Shown here piece by piece: positions 12,725 to 26,282 of a DNA stretch of 64,000 nucleotides. Positions within the stretch are counted from its first letter, which is position 1; every line of letters starts with the position of its first letter. This DNA is from Elsinoe ampelina (lineage: Eukaryota). Under the pieces are notes generated by a model that was given only the letters and a program-made list of their open reading frames with translations, made no database searches and had not been told where the DNA came from. A program made the translations under genes and the position numbers. The DNA lies in NCBI GenBank assembly GCA_010093995.1, contig ML992505.1, forward strand, positions 473,433 to 537,432. The letters run 5' to 3'.

Positions 12725-14656
12725 ATGGCGCCTCGACGCACATATGGGAAGCGTCCGAAAGCCTTCCCGGTTCGGACATTGCACGACAGTCCTTTCAAAG
12801 CCGAGCAGGAAGCACAAATCGACAATCTCGCAAACGACTTTCTAGGACTCGAGGTCAAGCACACCACAGACGTAGCACTGGATCGCAAATCTCGACATGC
12901 ACTCCAACCTATCAGTAGAAATGAGAGGAGTAACAAGGCCCCGGATGGAGGGTTCAAGAAAAATGGTTTCGAGATCGGTCAAACACAAACGGTCCCTTCA
13001 TGCAGAAAGACCGGCAAGAAGTCTGCTGGGAAACTCCAGCCAAAAGTCGAGGCTGCACCTTTGGAGGAGAGCCACGAGACGACAGTGAAGGTTACTGATC
13101 ATTTGGATATCCCGGTCCAGAGCTCTCCACAGCCGAACACACCAGGCGACCCGACAGAAGCAAGTTCCGGTGTATCGCCGCATTCCTCGTTGCCTACAGA
13201 TCTACATGATCACCTCTTACCTCTACTTCCATTTTGCAACAACCCTCTCACACCCCTCTCGACCTTTAGCGCCACTCTCACCCCTCACTTTACCATCAGC
13301 AAACTCGCAGAAGCCTCCTTCAGCCAAGTCTTCCTCCTCTCCTCTCCAACCCTTTCGAGTACCCACCGCTCAGTGCTCAAACTGATACCACTGCTTCCCT
13401 CCTCTACCTCAATCCCAGTCAAGCCATCCCGATCTGCGAAACAACTCCTCTCGCTCTCCTCAAGTCCCTCTGCAGTAGCCACCGAAACCCGCCTCCTCGC
13501 CCATTTGACCAACATCCCTGGCTTCACCGCCTACCGCGCCCTCCATCTCCTCTCAGGCCGACCAGGTAGCGCCTTCACCAAAGCATGCCGCACCTGGAAC
13601 GCCCAACAAAAAGCCCAAGGCAAAGAAGGGAGCTACCTCCCCGACCCCGGCCGCAAAGGCAACTACCCCGATTCCCAAATCTGGGCCGTCATCGAAATGA
13701 GCGACGCAGGCCTCGACCTCGAGCGCTGGCTCGAAGCTCCTCCCTCTCCTCCATCCCTCCCCTCCTCTCCCGACCCAAGCACCCCAGACAAACCCCCCCA
13801 ACCCCCCCTCCACCCCTACGGCATAGCCGCCATCTTCGACATATTCTGGCAAATCGTCCTCGCAGCGGGCAAAGGCGAAGTCTCCTCGCAATGGGAATCC
13901 CGCGACCTACACTGCGGGAACATTTGCGTGCGCCAACGACGGCCCCTCGGGTCTCTCACCCCGCGAGAAGCCATGGCCCGCCGCCTCGCTTCCTCTGCCC
14001 GCTCCTCGTCCTCGTCTTCTTCCGAGACCTCGAGGCGCAAATTGGGTTTGACGGGTCTGGAAGTCACGATCATAGACTACACCATCTCTCGCGCGGAGGT
14101 AGTCAACGTAAACGGAGAAAAGGAGGTGGCGTACATCGATCTGGACGAGGACGAAGGGTTGTTCGAAGGTGATGAGGAGGTGGAGTACCAGTATGCGATT
14201 TATCGGCACATGCGTGCGGCGGTGGTGGCGGGGGATCCGCTTGCGGGAGAGGAGGAGGTGAGGAGGGGGTTACAAGGGAAGGAGTGGTTGATGGGACAGA
14301 GGTGGAGGGGGTTCAGGGCTGAGACGAACGTGGTTTGGTTGTTTTATGTGTTGGGGAAGTTGTTGGAGAAGTACCAATGGGGTTGCGAGAGGGGGTGTGA
14401 GAAGGACGGGGAGGGGCGGGCACTGCTTGAGGCGAGGGAGAGGGGGATGGAAGACGTGATGAAACAGGTGAGGGAGTTGCTGAAGCTGGAGAATTGGAAG
14501 GTGTCTGGTATCAGGTCGGCGGGTGATCTCATCGGTGTTGCGCTCAAGGAGGGGTGGTTGGAGTTCGAGGATGTGGTGGGATTGATTGGGGAGGAGAGAG
14601 AGAGGAAGAAGAGTAAGAAGGTTCGCAGCAGAACCAAGGCGGCGGGCAAAGCATGA
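12725..14656 (+). CDS. Haspin-family atypical protein kinase
   Basis: Disordered N-terminus; KLAEASFSQV, VLKLIP, IEMSDAGLDLE, ESRDLHCGNI, IIDYTISRA, QYAIYRHMR, ETNVVWL. Confidence 0.85.
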   Translation: MAPRRTYGKRPKAFPVRTLHDSPFKAEQEAQIDNLANDFLGLEVKHTTDVALDRKSRHALQPISRNERSNKAPDGGFKKNGFEIGQTQTVPSCRKTGKKSAGKLQPKVEAAPLEESHETTVKVTDHLDIPVQSSPQPNTPGDPTEASSGVSPHSSLPTDLHDHLLPLLPFCNNPLTPLSTFSATLTPHFTISKLAEASFSQVFLLSSPTLSSTHRSVLKLIPLLPSSTSIPVKPSRSAKQLLSLSSSPSAVATETRLLAHLTNIPGFTAYRALHLLSGRPGSAFTKACRTWNAQQKAQGKEGSYLPDPGRKGNYPDSQIWAVIEMSDAGLDLERWLEAPPSPPSLPSSPDPSTPDKPPQPPLHPYGIAAIFDIFWQIVLAAGKGEVSSQWESRDLHCGNICVRQRRPLGSLTPREAMARRLASSARSSSSSSSETSRRKLGLTGLEVTIIDYTISRAEVVNVNGEKEVAYIDLDEDEGLFEGDEEVEYQYAIYRHMRAAVVAGDPLAGEEEVRRGLQGKEWLMGQRWRGFRAETNVVWLFYVLGKLLEKYQWGCERGCEKDGEGRALLEARERGMEDVMKQVRELLKLENWKVSGIRSAGDLIGVALKEGWLEFEDVVGLIGEERERKKSKKVRSRTKAAGKA

Positions 14657-14994
14657 TGAGACCCTGGTGAAGCATGGGGCGGATAGCGACCTGACTTGCA
14701 TAGCGTGGGACTTTCACTAGACATGATCTGATGAATTTGATGACAACTTCTTTTGGCGAATGTATCAGAATGAGTGATCAAAGGGTCTGTCTGTGTCACG
14801 CTTGATGGCCAGGGAAGTGCTCCGCTTGACATGCGGAAGGTCCTACCAGCCTCCTTTGAAAAGTGGTAGAAGAGAGAGACAAATCAGCGTTCACGTTATG
14901 CATGCCGGCAATCAATTGCAGTACTCTTTGCCAAGGTCTTACCATGGCTGTACTTTGGGTTCTTAAAGTGTGTTTGATTTGAGAGCTCCTGCAT

Positions 14995-16477
14995 CTACGC
15001 GCTTGTGGGCTCCTCTTGAACGTAATGTAAGTACGAGCCAAGCAGCTTCGTGCCCTGAATATAATTGGAGACCGCGAGCGATTCATTGACCGAGTGCGCT
15101 GCATCTGTGCTGCCTCCCATCGGTAGCAAGAGCACGTTCTTCCCAGTGGCTTGCTCGAACGTCAGGGTCACTGGGATACTTCCGCCCTCTCGTGTGAGAT
15201 CCGGCTTCACTCCCCAGACCTTTTCCGTCGCCTTGGCAGCAGCAGTAAAGTTCCAGTGGTTCGGGCTGGCTACCCACCACTTGCCACTGTGTTGAAGGAA
15301 GCACTTGCAGGTGTTCTTGGAGCCGAGAGCCTTGAAAGCTTTGTCGACGTGGGCGTACACAAGCTTGTCGACCTCGTCTGGCTCCATGTTGGGTACCGTG
15401 CGGATGGAGAACTTGCCGATGACCTTGGCAGGGATCACAGTCTTCGCACCTGGTTGAGCGAATGCACCTTCGATGCCATGCAGAGAAAGAGATGGGAAAC
15501 GCCATCGACCCATTAGTGTCCGCTCCTTGTCGTTGTAGATGCCGGTCTTGCTACCGAGTGATTCATATAGATTGTCCATGGTGAACGAAATGTCCTTGTA
15601 GAGTGCTTGCTCCTCATCAGTAACAGGTGCGACCAGGTCATCGATACCAGCGATCTGAATCTTGCCGTTGCCGTCAACGAGCGTAGACATGACTCTGACT
15701 AAATCCGTCATTGGCTCCTGAGCAGTTCCGCCGAAGACACCGCTGTGCAGATCCTGACCTGGACCACTGATCTCAATGCTGTAGTAGCTGCATCCTCGAA
15801 GACCATAGGTAAGGCATGGCTTCTCGGTCCCCAACCAGTAGTTGTCGCTGATGCACACAGCGTCGGTGTCCTTGAAGAACTTCTTGGCCTCGGCATTGAT
15901 AAAGTCGTCCAGACCTTCACTGCCATACTCTTCCATGCCCTCAAAGCACATCAGTAGGTTGACAGGGAAGTCAATGCCAGCCTTTTGGTGTGCCTCGATT
16001 GCGTTGACCCATCCGAGTACTGGTCCCTTGTCGTCCGTGCTGCCTCGTCCATACATGCGGCCCTTCTCGACGGTAAGCTCGAAGGGCTCGGTAGCCCATC
16101 CGTCTTCCTTTCCTGCTGGCTGTACATCGTAGTGTCCGTAAACCAAGATTGTCTTCTTTTTTGGGTCTTCGCCGTATCGACCGATGATCACTGGTGGTAG
16201 AGTGAGGTGCTCCTTATGTGGCTGGGGCCCGAGCTCACGTGCTTCCACATGAACACCGAGAGCCTTGAGCTCGTCTGCAAGGAAGTGACCCATCTGATGT
16301 GAAAGTCAGTAGGTCGTTCGTTTAGGCGACGTCGACATGAACTACCTTGACTACATCCGGTCGCCTCGCCTCGTCGGCAGAGATGGATGGAATGGCGACA
16401 GCTTTGCGCAGACGCTCGATGAAGTGGTCAGACATGCTGTCCACAGTCTTGAAGTAGCCATCGAGATTGGGTGCCAT
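14995..16477 (-). CDS. DUG1: Cys-Gly metallodipeptidase (M20, Dug1/CNDP2)
   Basis: MAPNLDGYF at 16477, intron 16294-16345; YGHYDVQP, GRGSTDDKGP, EGMEEYGS, DLHSG, REGGSIP, AHSVNE. An upstream in-frame ATG lies at 16654. Confidence 0.9.
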
Positions 16478-17043
16478 GTTTGCAGACGGTTCTGTGCGAT
16501 AGATATAAGGCCACTCGGGTCGTTTTCGAAGAGTGTTTGTTGAGAAAGACCTTGCGTTATATTGCTTGAAGCCCGATCTTCGGAGATGTTGAGTGGTGGT
16601 TCGGAAACCTCTGCTAGACAGACAGCGAGTCGAAGGTAAAATAGCAGAGCTCATGAAGCAGTAATGGCAAAAAGGATGAACGGCATGACAACTCCAAAGC
16701 GCCATTCGAGGGCTCACCCCACCTTCCGCTTCTGGACCCTGTAAATTTTAGTGCGAGCTGACAGGCGTGCAGGGTCACCAAAGTCACGTGTTCTTGTATG
16801 AAATATCGTGATATTCCGGACCTTAGATGGCCTCTTTCTATGATGTTGAGGATGGGTCGCTTCCAATCTAATGCTACCTTGCATTTCCATCTCCCACCGT
16901 TGAGAGTGTCTTTTGGTCAAGCTCCGTCACGTTAAGTGATCATTGTGCCTTTTCGTCTATCCAAAAACGCCGTCGCTCATGTGTTGAATTATTTGTTGAA
17001 AGTGCCAGCCGGCTGCAGTCGATCCTGCGACTGATGAACCTGT

Positions 17044-20023
17044 CTAAAACAGACCGTCGATCTCCCCTGTCTCGGGATCGATGTCTACGTTGAGGTATCC
17101 AGGCGCGGTTGGAAGGCCTGGAATAGTCTGGATATCTGCTGCAAGAGCGTACCTGGGATGATCAGCAAGCAAGCCGAGGTGAAAGTAGAATCAGAACTTA
17201 CAAGTAGCCTGCACCTGCAGCCATACGGACGTCACGGATCGGGACAGTGAAGCCCTCTGGCGCACCCTTCAGGTTTGCATCGTGACTAAGACTGTACTGA
17301 GTCTTTGCGATACAGATTGGCAAATTGCCATATCCTTGTTGGACGTATGTGTCGAGTTTCTTCTGCGCTTTTGGCTCGAATTCGACCGCAGCAGCGCCGT
17401 ACATCTTCTTGGCAATAGCTTCGATCCTCTCCTGTACTGAACCCTCGAGGCTGTACAGAAGCTTGAAGTCGTCAGGATTGCTCTTCTCAGCAGCTGCAAT
17501 TACACCCTTTGCTAGGTCAACAGCACCCTTACCACCCTCGGCCCAGTGGTTGGCCATGATGGCATCTTCGGCGCCGGCGGCAAGAGACTCCTCACGCAGA
17601 GCAGCGATCTCAGCATCCGTATCGGTCTCGAACTTGTTGATGGCGACAACAACGTTCACACCATATTGCTTGGCATTCGCGATATGCTTCTTGAGATTGA
17701 TGCAACCCTTGCGGAGGACTTCTACATTCTCAGTGCGGTAGACTTCAGGAAGCTGAGCACCAGTCTTGATCTCGGGACCACCACCATGGACCTTCAACGC
17801 GCGAACTGTGGCAACGATGACAACCACGTCAGGCTTGAGACCAGATGATCTGCACTTGATGTTGAAGAAGCGCTCGCCTCCCATGGTGAAGTCAAAACCT
17901 GCCTCAGTGACGACAAATCCAGTCTTGGCATTGTGATCCTCGTCCGGCTCGGTACCGGCCAACTTGAGCGCAAGCTTGTCAGCTAGCACGGAAGAAGCAC
18001 CGATAGAGATATTCGCGAAAGGCCCAGCGTGGATGAAGACGGGTGTACCTTCCAGTGTTTGCATTAGGTTGGGCTTGATGGCATCCTTCATGAGCACAGT
18101 GAGGGCACCACCGGCTCCGATGTCATCGCAAGTGATGGGATCGCCGGCCTTGGAGCTACCTATGACCATGCGACCGATTCTCTCACGCATGTCCGCAAGG
18201 TCATTGCTCAGTGCAAGAATAGCCATGCACTCACTGGCGACAGAAATGTCGAAAGCAGTGTGTCGTTCCTGGCCTTTTTCAGTCGGAGCTTGCCCAACTG
18301 TGATGCCACGCAAATGTCTGTCGTTGACATCGAGCACTCTTCGCCATGTGATGGTATCGGGATCGATGTCAAGACGTGCGAAGCGGGTAATCTCCTCAGG
18401 CGTGAGCTCGTTTGGATCGGTCTTTGTGATGCCGAGCTTCTTCAACCGGCGGAACATGACAGGTGCAAACTCCCTCTTACCCTTCTTGGCAGGGACAAGG
18501 CGGTTGAAGAGAGGTCCATCCTTCTGCGTGTTTTCGTGGAACATACGTGTCTCGATGGCAGCGGCTAGCAAGTTGGTCGCTTGTGTGATGGCATGGATGT
18601 CACCCGTCAGGTGAAGGTTGAACTCCTCCATGGGGATGACCTGACTGTAGCCACCACCAGCTGCACCACCCTTGATGCCGAAAGTAGGTCCCATACTTGG
18701 TTGCCTGACGTTGGCGAATGCGATACGGTCGAGGTGACCCGCTAGCGCTTGGACAAGACCGACAGTTGTTGTCGATTTTCCCTCGCCGAGCGGAGTGGGA
18801 GTGATGCCTGCAACGAGAATGTACTTGCCATTTCTGCGGTGTTCCAATCGTTTAAGCAAGCTGAGGTCGACCTTCGCTTTGGTAGCACCGTACGGCTCAA
18901 GCTCATACGGCTCGATGCCAACCTCTTCCGCGACCTTGTTGATCAGCTTTGGTTTCTGAGATCTTGAAGCTGCAATGTCGGAGGGAACAGGATGTTGAAG
19001 CTTGAGGGGCAGAGGTGTGATGTGTCGGGCCTTTTGCCTGTCAAAGTAGGCGGACGCTGACTCGACCACGTTCTGCATGAGCATGGCCACAGTCATTGGA
19101 CCGACTCCACCAGGAACGGGTGTAATTTGAGAGGCAACCTCAACCGCCGAGTCGTAGTCGACATCTCCGACCAATCTTTGACCAGATTTCTTGGACGAGT
19201 CGGGAATAAAGTTTGTTCCAACATCAATGACAACGGCGTCCTTCTTCAACCAGTCGCCCTTGACAAATTGAGCTTGTCCGATAGCCGCAACCACGATATC
19301 AGCCTGTCTGACGACGCCTGCAAGATCCTTGGTTTTCGAGTGGCAGACAGTGACAGTGGCGTCGGCGTTCTTCAGCAAGTAGCTGACAGGACTTCCAACA
19401 ATGTCACTTCGCCCAATGACAACAGCGTTCTTTCCCTTGATCTCGACACCGGCCTCTTTCAATAGTACCATGACTCCCTTGGGTGTGCAAGGAACGAAGA
19501 GAGGCTTGCCACCACGCTTAGCCAACTCTCCAATGTTGTTGGTCCCGAAACCGTCAACATCCTTCTCGTCTGCCACCGCCGAGGTGATTGTGTGCTCGGA
19601 GATGTGCTTCGGGACTGGTAATTGGACCAAAATTCCATGGATGGTGGGATCATTGTTGAGTCGCGTGATGTGCTGTAGAAGCTCTGCTTCTGTGATGTCG
19701 TCTCCGTACTTCTCCAGCGTGCAAGTGATGTTGGCCTCCTCGGCGGCCTTTAACTTCATTCGCACATATGTGCTTGAATCTGATCGGTCACCGACCTGAA
19801 CAATGGTGAGGGCAGGCTTGTAGCGTGGGTTGGCCGACTGCTTGGTCTTGATCTCGTCGGCGATTCGACCACGTATAGACGCAGCAATGGCATTGCCGTC
19901 AATCTTACTTGCGACCATGGCTCGTAGAGTTGTTGAGAAGTGTCTGAGAGAAAGAATGGATGGTCTATGTGAAAATGAGACGCGGGGCAGAGGACGCGGA
20001 AGGTGCCTGATGGAGCTCCTCAT
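17044..20023 (-). CDS. ADE3: Trifunctional C1-tetrahydrofolate synthase with mitochondrial presequence
   Basis: YVRMK, KDVDG, GRSDIVG, PGGVGPMTV, GITPTPLGEGKST, HAGPFANI; intron 17153-17201; last exon ends IDGLF*. Confidence 0.95.
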
Positions 20024-20359
20024 TTTTTTTAGCGTCGCCGAAACAGAGCAGATCTATGCCGCGGTAACCCCAAAACTCCGAGAACAGTATCGATGTAGAG
20101 GAAACAAAGACGGTGGCCCTCTAGTCTATTTCAATCTTCATGACTTGCCGGGGAAGGCTTTGGGGTAGCAGTTCCCTGTCTCATTTCTCTTACATAGGCT
20201 GGTGGAACTAGCCGGGTCTTGGACGGGCTTTCAAGGCTTTTTTGCCGGCTCCGACTTTTTTTTGACGCGGGCGCGGGAGGGCTGAGGAGTGGGAACGCAC
20301 AGAGGCAGACGTCAAAGGTCAAGCTCCACCACTTTTGACTCTTCTTAACATCAACAATC

Positions 20360-21468
20360 ATGAGACCTATCTTGTTGTCGGGCCACGTATGTATCATACT
20401 ATCAGGTTAACGATATGCGAAGCTAATACATCGGACAGGAACGAGCCCTCACCCAAGTCAAGTACAGCGCACCACAAACGCGAAATTCGACAGTGCTAAT
20501 TGCGCGACAGATTCAGCAAGGAAGGAGATTTGATATTCTCGGTAGCGAAGGATCACAACTGCTGCGCTTGGTACAGCGCAAATGGAGAGCGATATGGAGT
20601 ATACAAAGGACACGTAGGAGCGCTTTGGACGGTTGACGTGGATCCGCGGACGGTTCTTTTGGCCACAGGTGGTGCGGACAATACCATCCGACTGTGGGAG
20701 GTCAAGACCGGCAAGCTGTTGAAGACCTGGGAATTTGGCACAGCGATTAAAAGGGTGGAATTTTCAGAGGATGGGTTACAACTGCTCGGCGTGACGGAGA
20801 AGCGACAGGGACAGCTGAGCACAATCTTGGTCTACGACATTAACCCAGACCCCGAAGCTGAGCAGTCAAGCGAGCATGCTCTGCGCATCGTTGTCGACGA
20901 CATTCCGAAAGTCACGGTCGCTGGTTTCAGCTACCTCAACCGCTACATCATCTCTGGACACGAAGACGGCAGTATATCACAATGGGACGCAAAGACTGGC
21001 GAGCTCATTGTCAACAACTTCGTGCACGAGGCAGACATGCAGGTGACCGATCTTCAATGGTCATCTGACAGGACCTACTTCATCACAGCATCAAAGGACA
21101 AGACGGCGAAGCTGATCTCAGTCGACGACATGGAGGTTATGAAGACATATGTTGCCGACACACCACTCAACTCGGCGGCCATCACACCGGTCAAGGACTA
21201 TGTCATTCTCGGAGGTGGTCAGGCGGCTATGGATGTCACAACAACTTCTGCCCGACAAGGAAAGTTCGAAGCTCGATTCTATCACAAGATCTTTGAAGAG
21301 GAGATCGGTCGTGTTCGTGGTCATTTCGGTCCTCTCAACTATGTCGCTGTCAGTCCTCTTGGAACGATGTACTGCTCAGGAGGAGAAGATGGTTATTGCA
21401 GAGTACACCACTTCGACCCACCGTACTTTGACTTCAAATACGAGGTGGAGAGGGAGACGCGGATATGA
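20360..21468 (+). CDS. TIF34: Translation initiation factor eIF3 subunit I (WD40)
   Basis: [24 protein letters not shown] with introns 20387-20438 and 20462-20510; [21 protein letters not shown]. Confidence 0.95.
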
Positions 21469-22499
21469 TGACATTGAGGAAAGAGCGGCGGACCGGTTGC
21501 ATGGGCACTGACGACTTGATGCTTATCTGTCGTTGGCGATGAGGTTTACGAACCATGGCCACACGGGGAGTCGGCGGAATGAACAATGGGTTGCAGATGA
21601 CCAAAACGACGTGCGTTGTGCATCATACGGAGGGATCACCTTTACAGGAGTTTGAAGGCTAAAATACCACATTTAGATGACCCTGAGAATCTGTCTGCAT
21701 GTAACAAATGTGACTGCATGGTGACCAACTCTATGCACCGGAATAGTGTTCCGTATGCGATTGGCTATGTAATATGGCTTGTCCCGACGCGAGTCATTCA
21801 TAAAATGGTGTACCTGGAGGCGTTCATTGGAGAGCAACCCTGGTATATTGAGGGGTAATGTGCCGCCTTTTGTACCAACTATCACCTAGTGTGACATCCG
21901 AGTGTCGTTGATGCTTGTGAATGACAATCCCATGTGTTTATCTGTGTGTCCAATCTTCCATGACCGTAATACAGCACTTTGTTATCGCTTGACCAATGGC
22001 AGGGTCTTGCTGAATCCGTGGGGGCTCCGTGGGCAGCGACGTCATGGCCGTGCAGAATGATGCTTGGGCGCGTTGGGAATGTAGAGGCCGATCATAATAG
22101 CTTCGTCAACCCAGAATTTTTGTTTCTCTCGAATCAATTCATCTTATATCAATCTCAATCCTCGCACAGAAGCTATAGCGAGACCATTGACACAGGTCCA
22201 ACGGCTCTTCAAATTGATTTCCCTCCAGATCACCACTGGCGCAGACGATCGACAAAAGAAGGGACCCGTGTGGCTCAATTTCAGCCAGCTTGAGGAGAGA
22301 GCAGCTTGCAGGATCAATTACACGGTAAGCAAGCTATCCCGTTCCTTTGTAGCAGTGACATGCCAATTGCTTTTTCTCTCTGCCGGGCCAATGTCTAGGC
22401 TGAAGTCAGAGCCTCGGATCAAAGCATATATGCAGCCCTGACCGCCTGTCTCTGTTTGTTGAAGCTTCAGACCCTGTCTAATTGAGCTTCACAGAAAGA

Positions 22500-23784
22500 A
22501 TGTTCACCCGTGGAGCTCTCCGTCAGGGAGCGCAATCGCTCCGACCCACCAATGCAGCTAGGCAACCTGCAGTCACACGACCGTGGCAGGCAAACACCCG
22601 CACGTTTGCTGTTTCACAGTACACACGGGCAGACAGCAGGGATAAGCCCTACCCAGGAGAAGAGGGGGATCATGTAGGATCATTCTCCAGAACGGACAAC
22701 ACTATCCAGCTGGAATACCCCCCAGAGGAGGAGTTGCCCTCCAGTAAGCCAGTCCAGGGCCGCGGAGGTGTGCACTTCAAGAGGACCTTGCCTAGCTTCT
22801 CCCTCGAAGGGAATGTAGGACTCGTCACTGGAGGAGCTCGTGGTCTTGGACTGGTCATGAGCCAGGCATTGGTAGTCAGTGGAGCCAATGTTGCCATCGT
22901 TGACTTGAACAGTGGGTGCAAATTGCACAATAGTCGGGAATTAAATGCTGACAAGATGACAGAGGACGAAGCGTCGAAGCAAGCAGAAGGCTTGGTAGCA
23001 GAATTCAAGAAGGAGAATCCAGGAGCCGAGAAGTTAGTGTCAGCTTGAGACTACAGGCAGCTCCAGCACTAACCTTCCAGTGTTCCCCAAGTCACAGCCC
23101 ACTACGCCGACGTCTCTGACCCAGATTCTGTCAACGCCGCAATCGCAGAAGTCATTCAGCAACACGGAAAGATCGACAACCTCGTTACATCTGCTGGATT
23201 TACCGAGAACTTTGACGCCATCGCATACCCATACGACAGAGTGAAGAAGCTGTGGGGAGTCAACGTGGACGGCACATACCTCTTCGCTATTGGTGTAGCG
23301 AAGCATTTGATGGAGCGCAAGGTGCCAGGAAGCATGGTCATGATCGGCAGCATGTCTGGCAGCATCGTCAACGTACCTCAACCGCAAGCGCCATACAACG
23401 CTGCAAAGGCCGCTGTGCGCCATCTTTGTGCAAGTTTAGCTGTCGAATGGGCGCATGCTGGTATTCGCGTGAATACCATCTCACCCGGGTATATGCTCAC
23501 AGCACTGTAAGGGTGACAGTACCAAAACAGGTGCAAATACTCACTGACAATTCCAGCACGAAGAAGATCCTCGACGATAACCCAGAGCTTGCTCAGAAGT
23601 GGACCAGTCTGATCCCGCAAGGCAAGATGGGCAGGCCTGAGGATTTGATGGGTGCAGTCACCTACCTGCTCAGTGATGCCAGTCTCTACGTAACCGGTTT
23701 GTGCTTTGCTCTACCCTGGCCGACAGAGCGCTGACAGAACCAGGGGCCGACCTTCGTGTCGATGGAGGCTACACCTTGACGTGA
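22500..23784 (+). CDS. Short-chain dehydrogenase, D-arabinitol 2-dehydrogenase-like, with mitochondrial-type presequence
   Basis: TGGARGLG, SMSG, YNAAK, RVNTISPGY, DLRVDGGY; introns 22912-22962, 23033-23080, 23507-23556, 23697-23743. Confidence 0.85.
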
Positions 23785-24465
23785 TCAACCAATCGTGCGT
23801 CTAAACGAGCAACAGTACACAAGGTACTCGTCCAGAACGTGGCATTGTGGTCGGGCTGGTACTGGTACATTGACTTTCAGCAAAAAAAAGGTCTACCCAC
23901 ATAGACTGGAAGCGGAGGGGGGGGAGACAATGGCTGGAAGCGTCACGATAGCGATGAAATAGCTGCAATGCATAAAATCATAGTAACTTTACCATGACTT
24001 GCATATCAAAGTTAGCTAGCCAAATTCGGTATCGCTTTTCCGATCTAACCAATGATGGCAACCCAAATGAAGGGAACCCTGATCATGTTCTTCCGTATGC
24101 ACAGTTGTGCTTTCATTACTCCTACCAGCCAACTCCACGATCCTGTCTCTCATCACGATAAGTTGGATTGGCGAACAGACACTCAGTCCCAAGGATTGGT
24201 GAGCCATGCTTCGGCAAAAACAGGACGTCGCTCGAGAGCCTTATACCTCATCTCCGAGAACTTGTTGGAAGTAGCAAGTTGGGATACCGCTGGTCAAGCC
24301 CGTCAGCACCCAAAACCCTGCCACACTGACCAACGTGACCGTGCTTGGGATCCTTGGCCATCACTGCATTGCTCCTAATAATTCTTTCCTCTCTTTGTTC
24401 CTCTCCATGTCATTCTCTATCATCACATTGTATTATAGCATTGGAAAGAAGAAGTAGTGGCAAAG

Positions 24466-26282
24466 ATGGAGGACGCACGCCTCAATCTGGCTCTCTATAC
24501 GGCTGGTGCCATCATCTTGTACTATGCAGTCCGCTTCTTCTACCTAGGTTATCAAGTTAGAACGCGGTCGAGAAATCTCGTACTTCGCCTCCTCTGCCAT
24601 ACATGATTCAGCTACTGACTCCAGCTACCAGCCAGGACCCCCTCACAGCTGGCTCTGGGGGCACCTCCATCACTTTCCCACCGTGCTGAAGAAATTCCCA
24701 CGCGATGTACCCCCAACGTCCGCGATGGTTCAGCTCGGTATCGATCATTCGCTGTCCGAGTTCTTCTTCATGGATCTCTGGCCTTTCGGCAACCTTTCGC
24801 TCGTGACCATGGGCCCACGGGGGGCGGAACAATTCACATCGGTGTCTTCGCAGCCCAAAGCCCCGGTCGTGGTTGACTATATTGAATGCGTTGGGGGTAG
24901 GCACAACTTGGTAGTGGATGACGGACCGAGATGGAAGACGTGGCGGGCTGCTTTCAATCCGGGCTTTTCAAACGCGCATCTAATGACGCTGGTGCCGGAG
25001 ATTGTACAAAGCACGGAGGTCTTCAAAGGACTGATGGGACGGAACGCAGACGAAGGACGATTGTTCAGGATGGAGAAGTATGCCACGAGATTGACCATTG
25101 ATGTGATTGGCAAGGTAGTCATGTGAGTGCCGCACTTGCTGCAGATGTGACAAGCTGACAGAGCAGGGACTTTGATTTCAATTCCCAGATCAAGGACCAC
25201 AAAGTCGTCACAGCATTTGAGTCGACAATGCGCTGGGCCAAACTGGGCGCTCAAATCCGTCCAAGCGAGCTGATTGACATCCGCCGACCATATGTCTACT
25301 GGCGTAACACGAGGATTATGAACACATTCGTGGACAACGCACTGGTCGAGCGCTGGCGGACTCGCAAGGAGCGGACCAAGTCAAAGTACTTGATCGACCT
25401 AGCACTCGAGACATATCTCAAGGACAAGGGCAAGTCGATCAAGGATACCGATCAGCTGGATCCAGACTTCAGGCGTGATGCGATCGACCAGGTCAAGATC
25501 TTCCTCTTTGCAGGCCACGAGACGAGCGCCTCAACTATAAGCTACTGTATCTACCACATCGCCCAGGATGCGGACGTTAGACAAAAGGTGCGCAGCGAAA
25601 TCGAGCACGTCTTCGGCAAAGGAGTGGACGTCGCTCAGCGTATCAAGGACGAACCCGTGCTGTTGAACAAGTTGGAGTACATGTCTGTCGTAATTAAAGA
25701 GGTCTTGCGTCTGCACGCCCCAGCAAATTCCGTGCGAGTAGGCAGTCCAGGGTACGTTCATCTCCCCTCGCGGACAGACATGATCATTGATCCATCCAGA
25801 TTCTTCGTGACGCATCAAGATACAGGAGAAAAGTACGACGTCTCAGGCATGGACCTCATCGCATCAGTCATGGGCAACCACATGCACAAATCTTGGGGAG
25901 GTAAGCATCCCTCAGCCCCCCTTCCTCCCCAGACTACCAGATCCTAACACCCTCCACAGACCCCTTCACCTTCCGCCCTTCCCGCTGGCTCGACGGCACC
26001 GCTGTCGACGGCGCTTTCGTCGCCTTCGGCAAACTCCCCCGCAATTGTATCGGCCAGGAACTGGCTACGATCGAGATCCGGATTGTGCTGGCCATGTTGC
26101 TTTCCGAATTCGACTTTACGGTACATTACGATGAGTTGGAGAAATTGAAAGGGGATGGCAGTGGGTATAAGAGTGATACGACGGGGATACAGGAGATGTG
26201 GGGGGAGGTGGCGTATCAGCAGGGGATGATGGCGAAGCCGAGGGAGGGGATGCCATTGAGGGTGAAGCGGAGGGGAAGATAA
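24466..26282 (+). CDS. Cytochrome P450 monooxygenase
   Basis: N-terminal TM anchor, PGPP hinge after intron 24580-24631, AGHETS I-helix, KEVLR (ExxR), FRPSRW, heme loop FGKLPRNCIG; further introns near 25123-25165, 25752-25799 and 25901-25959. Confidence 0.88.

Noticed and set aside
22912..22962. In-frame, stop-free introns (here and 25752-25799) as retained exons
   Set aside because: Canonical splice signals are present; 3n stop-free short introns are expected by chance.
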